The translations under genes and the position numbers were made by a program. DNA of 64,000 bases, taken from the IMG/VR virus record IMGVR_UViG_3300045988_104147, positions 7,757-71,756 of that record. One strand, given 5' to 3'. Shown here piece by piece: positions 57,809 through 64,000 of this stretch (position 1 is the stretch's first letter; every line of letters begins with the position of its first letter). This stretch comes from a virus. Below the pieces are notes generated by a model. The model was not told where the DNA came from, searched no databases, and was given only the letters and a program-made list of their open reading frames with translations.

Positions 57809-57834
57809 AAGTGAGACTTTCACAAGCCTCACTT
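57809..57834 (-). terminator. hairpin (aagtgag / ctcactt) downstream of the 759-aa gene
   Basis: 7-bp stem, then TTCTCAT on - strand. Confidence 0.3.
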
Positions 57835-57876
57835 CCCAAATTATAACTATGAAAAAACTATATATATGTACAAAAA

Positions 57877-60156
57877 TTACCTGCATTCTAATTTGTTAAG
57901 ATCATCCAATTCAGGCTTGCTTACGGTCATGTCTTGCGTCAAGCCAGATCTGTTTTGGTATGGAGCGTAATCGGTTTCTACCGTCTTAGCCTTCTGAGTA
58001 GAATCGTATTTTACCTCTGATTCGGTTCCTGTCAGATTTTGGTAGATAGAGCCGGAACTACTCTCGCTTACTTTAGACCATATCTTATTACCTACTCTTA
58101 TAAAATTATCATAAATACCTTCGGCTGTTATAACACCATCTTGCTCTACGATATTAGGGCCCGATTTTTCTTTTAACAAATACGGGTGCCTGGTGTAAAA
58201 ATAGTGTTCAAAATCATTCCCGGCATACAAAGGGTCATACTTCTCCAAATAAAACAATTCTGATAAAGAAGGGTCGGTACTGGTCATGCTATAATCAAAC
58301 AACATCAACCTGTCTTTTCCAGATAAAGATAATTCTATTGATTTCAAAATATCAGGATCATCAGAAATAAGGCCCAAAGATGGACCAGGTTTGAAGTCAA
58401 GATACTTATAGGCATTATCATATAATTTTGTTTTATGGAGTTTGTTGTCAAGGTAAGATTGGTATAAATCGAATAAGGATAATGGGTTTTCGCTATCTTG
58501 TTTTTTGTTCATGTATCGACTATACTCCCGATCCACATCCACGTAAGGAACGTCAAGTACCGCCGGGTGTCCAAACGCCATCCTGGTCATTATCATGTCC
58601 TCCGTGTTCTGAGAATCCATGAACGATCTGACGTATTTTTTAATGGAAGCCATGAGCGTATTATTATCTACGTTCCGTACTTTCTCTTTATCCAAAACGC
58701 CGTTCTTAAAACAAGATTCAGGATATATTTTAGTAGAAAAATGAGTTAGGTTGTGCTTGGCTAACACTGTTGATATTTGATACATCTCGTTAATATCATC
58801 TTTGCTGATCCTTTGATATAGATTATCTCCTACCTTAAGCAATGAATGTTTCTCAAACGCTTCTACTGGGTCTATATTGGATTCAGAATAAACGATATTC
58901 AAATTATCCATATACTCCGGCAATAATTCAGAATAATAATCTGTGCTATCACCAAGAACATCATCTATAGAAGATGCCAGCGTTGGAGCATAATTTACAT
59001 CATTATGCCTGGCCACATAAATATCAAGATCCAGCATCAAATTATCTATCTTATTCAAAGATTCTTCTGTGCCATCATAAGTTTCCGATGTCCCTATTAT
59101 ATCTATGCCAAACCACGTACAAGCCTCTTCTATATCCCATATCATGCTTCTTAAATCGGATTCGGTGTCGGCATTAGCCCTATGTAAATAAGCTGATATA
59201 CGAGCTCTTAGGAACTCTATTTTGCCAGGATTGTAATAAGACAGATCTTGTAACTTAGACAAGGATCTTCTCTTGCCTTCTACCACATCATCCCCTTCTA
59301 TGTTTATTACCGGAATCTTATTCGTAGATGAGAACTCATCAAACATAGATTCGGCAAATTCTTTATCAGAAACGAATTTCTCAACCAGTTCAGGATAGGA
59401 ATTTCTCAACGATTCAAAAGCAGATGAAAATTCAGAAAAGTTTTTTATGCCGGCTACTGTTTTACGCATAGCATAATAAAGCTCAGAAGGATTATATGGT
59501 ACCTTTTTACCAAATTGGTTAAACACTCCCTCCTTGTAAACAATAGGACCATACTGATAGTCAATAGACATAAAATAATTATCTTTTTCCCTATCATGTT
59601 CGTTAATAGAAGAATCTATTAACTTTCTCATGGAAGTCAAAACCTCGTTTAAAACAGAAGGATCGGATAAAATACGACTTATCTCTGTTTCATCATACAA
59701 ACCGGATCTCCTTAATTTCTGCTCATTCAGTATCAAACTGCCATCTACATAAAAATCGAAGAGAATAGCATTAGACAATGAAGACGCATTGAAAAAATAA
59801 TGAGTAGACAAAAGGAAATCCCTTACATCCTTAATGTCCTGAGCCGTTAAAGGATCAGCAAAATAAGTCTGACGCTTCATATACGACAGCACGTCTTCTA
59901 AAAGAGGTTCGCCATTGGGATCGGTATTAAATATCTCCCCTGGAGCCGGATTATTCCAATGACCGTAATACGACAAAAAACCAGGAGTGTAAGCCTTAGC
60001 CCATACCTGAAGAGCCCGCTCGCTGTTTCCTAATACTTTTAAAGCACTTTCGTAAAGGACGGAAGGCTCCCCGTTAGGAGCCTTAACCCGTTTTATTTCA
60101 TTTTCCTTTTTTTCTATCTGACATTTGACACCCATAGTGATAAATATTTTAGACAA
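57877..60156 (-). CDS. large putative virion/structural protein (759 aa)
   Basis: uninterrupted ORF in the block of large - strand genes. Confidence 0.65.
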   Translation of the reverse strand: MSKIFITMGVKCQIEKKENEIKRVKAPNGEPSVLYESALKVLGNSERALQVWAKAYTPGFLSYYGHWNNPAPGEIFNTDPNGEPLLEDVLSYMKRQTYFADPLTAQDIKDVRDFLLSTHYFFNASSLSNAILFDFYVDGSLILNEQKLRRSGLYDETEISRILSDPSVLNEVLTSMRKLIDSSINEHDREKDNYFMSIDYQYGPIVYKEGVFNQFGKKVPYNPSELYYAMRKTVAGIKNFSEFSSAFESLRNSYPELVEKFVSDKEFAESMFDEFSSTNKIPVINIEGDDVVEGKRRSLSKLQDLSYYNPGKIEFLRARISAYLHRANADTESDLRSMIWDIEEACTWFGIDIIGTSETYDGTEESLNKIDNLMLDLDIYVARHNDVNYAPTLASSIDDVLGDSTDYYSELLPEYMDNLNIVYSESNIDPVEAFEKHSLLKVGDNLYQRISKDDINEMYQISTVLAKHNLTHFSTKIYPESCFKNGVLDKEKVRNVDNNTLMASIKKYVRSFMDSQNTEDMIMTRMAFGHPAVLDVPYVDVDREYSRYMNKKQDSENPLSLFDLYQSYLDNKLHKTKLYDNAYKYLDFKPGPSLGLISDDPDILKSIELSLSGKDRLMLFDYSMTSTDPSLSELFYLEKYDPLYAGNDFEHYFYTRHPYLLKEKSGPNIVEQDGVITAEGIYDNFIRVGNKIWSKVSESSSGSIYQNLTGTESEVKYDSTQKAKTVETDYAPYQNRSGLTQDMTVSKPELDDLNKLECR

Positions 60157-60176
60157 AGATAGTATAAAAATAGAAA

Positions 60177-60764
60177 TTATGAAACTTCTATTTCATAATG
60201 CGAAGCCTCTGTCTCAACTATCAATCTTCCCTCTCCTTCGAACTCAACGCTATCATTTCCTGGACCAGTAACAAAAGGGAAATCAGATACGGATGTTACA
60301 TAATCTCCAGAACCACCGGAGAAAGACTGACTTTTACTTTGTTTGTAATTGATAGTCAATTGTGTTTTACCTATCTGAAGAGTTCCAGATAAATTTTTAG
60401 TATAAGTAGTGGTAGTTGTAATATCCCCATTTTTATAACAATACATTATAAAGGTGGTAACCGGACTCTTTTTTATATTACTATCCGGACCTGCATGATA
60501 AGATTCATTTCCTCCAAATATGCTATAAATGTGACAATAAGGACCGACTCTTTTACTTGAGGTTTTAGCCTTATCCTCGACTCCTTTCAAAGATATAGTA
60601 ACCTTACTCTTGTATTCAATATCCTTCCAATTACAGACTCCTTCACTTACGTTTCCAACAAACCTGTCATCAACATAAACCTCTATATTCCCCTGCTGAT
60701 TGGTCTTCAACTGATACTGAACAAGATTTGAAACATCTTCGTATCTCCTTCTCATACTCAACAC
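60177..60764 (-). CDS. beta-rich protein (195 aa, Thr/Gly-rich; candidate fibre or receptor-binding module)
   Basis: ORF track; overlaps upstream gene by 7 nt. Confidence 0.5.
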   Translation of the reverse strand: MLSMRRRYEDVSNLVQYQLKTNQQGNIEVYVDDRFVGNVSEGVCNWKDIEYKSKVTISLKGVEDKAKTSSKRVGPYCHIYSIFGGNESYHAGPDSNIKKSPVTTFIMYCYKNGDITTTTTYTKNLSGTLQIGKTQLTINYKQSKSQSFSGGSGDYVTSVSDFPFVTGPGNDSVEFEGEGRLIVETEASHYEIEVS

Positions 60765-63700
60765 TCCTTATTTAACTCATTTATCGAATCCGAATTATCA
60801 GAACCTTCTACGAGATTCTTATTCCTATCTATCTCTTCCTGGCTCATATTACTCATCATATTTTGTATTTTTCTACCAGATTGAGATAAAGAGCGGATGA
60901 ATGCACTGGAACTTATCTTAACTCCAAGATCCGGTTTTGCCCTAAACGCTTCACCGGTACTGATATTATACAAATCATACACACCAGTGTTCATATAGAA
61001 CTTATATACCCAATTTCCGCCGGCTTTCTTGTATCCTAACTTAGTAAGATCAATCATACCCATTCCGAATCGGATTCCATTTCGAGCCATGATCTTATCA
61101 GGTATCTGTTCTACCTTTGCTGGAACCGCCTCGTAAGCTGCGTCGCCACCATACAAGAAAGACTGGACTGTTACTCTATGGACCTGGACCGGGCTTTCTT
61201 CGGATATCTGTTGCTCGTTTGATACTGATTTAGGTTTGGATATATGGATATAAGGTTCGTGCATAAAAGTTAATCCATATTCAACATCATAACCACGCAC
61301 CTTATTTAAACTCCTTATGGCTTTAGTTGTATTGGAATGAGCTATAGTGTCTATACCGTATCTTGCTTCCATACGATCCAAGATAATATTAACATCATTG
61401 CCTTCCCCATAAACCTCTGCACCTTCTATAAGTTCCGTGACACCGGACATCTCAGAGAGCAACCAGCCTAATACCTCTTCCGGATTAGAGAACTTATACC
61501 CATTTTCATTGTAATTATCTATCCTTCCTTCTTTAAATCCAGGTAATTCGACATCTCCTTTAGTCTCTCCATCGCTTCCGGGTTGTCCTTCTCTTTTTCC
61601 ATTACTCTCTTTATTGCCATCTTCCTCAGTGCGTACTGCACCGCCTTCTGCACTTCCTTCTTTTCCATCATTTAAAATATTATCTGATTCTGACTCTATA
61701 GACTCCACGACAGCATCATACTCTGGTATGCCGCTAAGGAAATCTGCTACGTTATTCAAAAACTCTATTTTTTCCTCGTTTGTCATATCAAGGCTTTCCA
61801 CGGGCCTCCATATGGCAGGCAAGTTGTTTGATTTTATTGCAGTAGAAACATCTTCTACAGTTTTATTATCCACCGTAGGCAAAACTTTAGAAACCAAACT
61901 ATTGATATCAGATTCCATTTTTTCTACTTCCTCTTTTGTGCCATATTCTTTTAGGGTATCCATGCCATTGACTCTAAGAGAATAATTTAAAGCCTTACTT
62001 GGAACAAAATTAATATATTTCAAAAAGTTTTTCAACTCTGATATAATTTGTTCATCAGATCTTGGCCCAACATAATCAACCACCACCTGATCTGTTTGAG
62101 AACGAAGCCAAGAAACATATTCTTCTAAAGTCTTACCACCTTTACTGGAAGGAGTGGATATTTTATCACCTACTGTTCCTTTAGGTTCTAATCCCATTTC
62201 TTCCTTAAGGCTTTTAGGATTACCTCTCTCACGAAGAAACCTCAAATCACCTCCTACAATCTTCCTTGCTATAAAATCAAAAATATTAGCATAAGACGGC
62301 AATCCTTCTTTTTCTATATGAGATTCTATTTCGTTTAACATAAGAGAGAAGTTTTTCCTGGAGGTACGCTTCTTGCCAGATAAAGACTGCGCAGCTTGTG
62401 CCGCAGGAGCCGGCTGAGCTAATGGCGCCGGCTGAGTCCCCCGGACAGCCCCTTCCTCTGACATTTCCTCTTCATAAACATCCACGTCTTCTTTAGAAGT
62501 AACGATCTTACCCTCATCAGAGAAAGGAAGATCATCCTCTATAAGCGACTTAGGTCTGGAAGATGATTTACCAAACTGAATCCTGATCTTAGGAGCGACA
62601 AACATCTCACCTTCGAAATCTATTCCAGATTCTACTTCAGACGTCACAATGTCTTTCACATTCCTGCTTTCATCTTCTACCCACTTAACAACATCAGGAA
62701 CCGTAGATAATTTTTCTATAGCCTCACGAGCTTTTCTAAGCCCTGAAATAGGATTCAAATACGATACTTGATACGAAGCCGGATCAAGGCCTAACTTGGT
62801 TAGATACGCATTAAGATCTTGTATATCATCTTGACCCATCTGTAGCAATTCAGAATCACCAGATTCAAGCAGCATATCTATAAAAGACATCCATTTCTGC
62901 CCTTCCTCTGATTCTACAGAACGTAGGCTAACTGGGAAAAGATAATTAAGACCGTTTTTACCTTTGATGACAACTACCGGAACTCTTACATTTTTGTAAT
63001 TATTCCCCTTGTCATTTAATATAGAATAAGCAAATGGGAAGCCTGTGTATTTAGATCCGTTCTTAAGCACGACTTTGCCATTTAATACATATCCTACATC
63101 AGATATTTTTTCAGCACCTTTTTCGGTAATGGGGAGATTTTCTACCTGGCCATATCCTTGACCGTTCACCTTCATGTTAAACACCGGTCTTCCGGGAAGG
63201 GTCTGGGCAACAACATGCGTGCCGACGCCGATGGTAGCCGACCGGCCGGCGTCCTTCTTCCACTTGTTAAAAGCCGTTCTTCTTATTTTACTTATACCAT
63301 CTATGCCTCCTGTATCAGCTTTTACAACAGAAACGAATCTGTTCCCACTCATGACCTTGATAACCATATTGGACACCAGTTTATTCTCAGCAGATTCTAT
63401 TCTTTTTTTATCGCCGGACTGAACAGCATCATTGTATTCGGCAAAAAGAGACTGATTATAAGTATCATTTACATCTATTTCGAGATTAACCTTATCTCCT
63501 TTTTTCAAAGAAGATAATGCTTCCTGATCTATTTTATCTACCTCATTCTCTCCGAATCCGACACCCGTTCTGTACGGAACCAATTCATCTGAATCAAGAC
63601 GCTTATAAACCAAAGAATAGGAATTACCCACGTCCTGAATAGACACGTCTGTGTAGCGATTAAGAACACGAGCCGATTCTTTGTCTATAGACCATCTCGC

Positions 63701-64000
63701 ATGATAAGGCAGTTCAATTATAGTAGCCGTTTCCCCACCTATGTTAAGAGAATACCTTTTAGTGCCATTAGCGTTCGTTTCAGAGCTTATTTGAATAGGA
63801 ACCAATGATTTTATAGAAGATATAAATTTATCGGCTCTAAGACCCGCAATTTCATACCTTTCATTGCCATCATTAGAGATTCTTCTTACCATCAACGTCT
63901 CTGGATTCTGGGCGCTATCTATATTGGCTCCAGGCGTATTATCAGATTCGTCTAATTCATTTACAAGAGAATCTATATTAGCATCATCCTCCCCGAAATT
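60758..64000 (-). CDS. large putative virion/structural protein, at least 1081 aa and 5' partial: the frame stays open through the window end, so the true start lies beyond 64000
   Basis: ORF track gives 60758..63895, but the same frame has no stop from 63896 to 64000. Confidence 0.65.
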   Translation of the reverse strand, partial: NFGEDDANIDSLVNELDESDNTPGANIDSAQNPETLMVRRISNDGNERYEIAGLRADKFISSIKSLVPIQISSETNANGTKRYSLNIGGETATIIELPYHARWSIDKESARVLNRYTDVSIQDVGNSYSLVYKRLDSDELVPYRTGVGFGENEVDKIDQEALSSLKKGDKVNLEIDVNDTYNQSLFAEYNDAVQSGDKKRIESAENKLVSNMVIKVMSGNRFVSVVKADTGGIDGISKIRRTAFNKWKKDAGRSATIGVGTHVVAQTLPGRPVFNMKVNGQGYGQVENLPITEKGAEKISDVGYVLNGKVVLKNGSKYTGFPFAYSILNDKGNNYKNVRVPVVVIKGKNGLNYLFPVSLRSVESEEGQKWMSFIDMLLESGDSELLQMGQDDIQDLNAYLTKLGLDPASYQVSYLNPISGLRKAREAIEKLSTVPDVVKWVEDESRNVKDIVTSEVESGIDFEGEMFVAPKIRIQFGKSSSRPKSLIEDDLPFSDEGKIVTSKEDVDVYEEEMSEEGAVRGTQPAPLAQPAPAAQAAQSLSGKKRTSRKNFSLMLNEIESHIEKEGLPSYANIFDFIARKIVGGDLRFLRERGNPKSLKEEMGLEPKGTVGDKISTPSSKGGKTLEEYVSWLRSQTDQVVVDYVGPRSDEQIISELKNFLKYINFVPSKALNYSLRVNGMDTLKEYGTKEEVEKMESDINSLVSKVLPTVDNKTVEDVSTAIKSNNLPAIWRPVESLDMTNEEKIEFLNNVADFLSGIPEYDAVVESIESESDNILNDGKEGSAEGGAVRTEEDGNKESNGKREGQPGSDGETKGDVELPGFKEGRIDNYNENGYKFSNPEEVLGWLLSEMSGVTELIEGAEVYGEGNDVNIILDRMEARYGIDTIAHSNTTKAIRSLNKVRGYDVEYGLTFMHEPYIHISKPKSVSNEQQISEESPVQVHRVTVQSFLYGGDAAYEAVPAKVEQIPDKIMARNGIRFGMGMIDLTKLGYKKAGGNWVYKFYMNTGVYDLYNISTGEAFRAKPDLGVKISSSAFIRSLSQSGRKIQNMMSNMSQEEIDRNKNLVEGSDNSDSINELNKEC

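Noticed and set aside
1-64000. CRISPR array, rRNA, integrase or att-site search
   Set aside because: No regularly spaced direct repeats, no rRNA-like segments, no tyrosine or serine recombinase motifs, and no flanking direct repeats were seen anywhere in the window.

Overview
The window reads as a 64 kb stretch of an AT-rich (roughly mid-30s % GC) tailed-phage-like genome, either a virus contig or a prophage interior. No integrase, att site, rRNA or CRISPR array is visible. Positions 1-43.7 kb are about 85 short, tightly packed, often ATGA-overlapping genes, all on the + strand. They look like an early/replication/accessory arm: a TOPRIM primase-like protein, a DnaB-like helicase, an SF2 helicase, a Cas4-like Fe-S PD-(D/E)XK exonuclease, a second PD-(D/E)XK nuclease, a phage-type Dam N6-adenine methyltransferase, a Pol-beta-type nucleotidyltransferase-like protein, a KilA-N protein, a dATP/dGTP-pyrophosphohydrolase-like protein and many zinc-ribbon mini-proteins. 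This arm also carries several unexpected cargo sets. One is an acyl-carrier-protein / NfeD / flotillin (SPFH) operon. Another is a DUF1566 (C-type-lectin-fold) protein with a GC-rich 3' end, followed by a minimal ABC-type ATPase. A third is two divergent IS200/IS605-type TnpB (RuvC) nucleases with degenerate zinc fingers bracketing an unknown gene. There is also a tandem pair of diverged paralogs. A perfect 12-bp palindromic hairpin at 43.9 kb marks a convergent strand switch. From there to 64 kb everything is on the - strand. This block contains two coupled beta-rich proteins (one with a signal peptide, one with a G10 homopolymer near its start), a 2140-aa giant protein, a block of small accessory genes including a Bro-N protein and a G/R/Y-rich low-complexity ORF, and three further large putative virion proteins (759 aa, 195 aa, and at least 1081 aa running off the window). 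Host is uncertain: Shine-Dalgarno sites are common, yet Bacteroidota-style TAnnTTTG promoter motifs also occur. Functional calls rest on motifs read by eye; no database search was possible.
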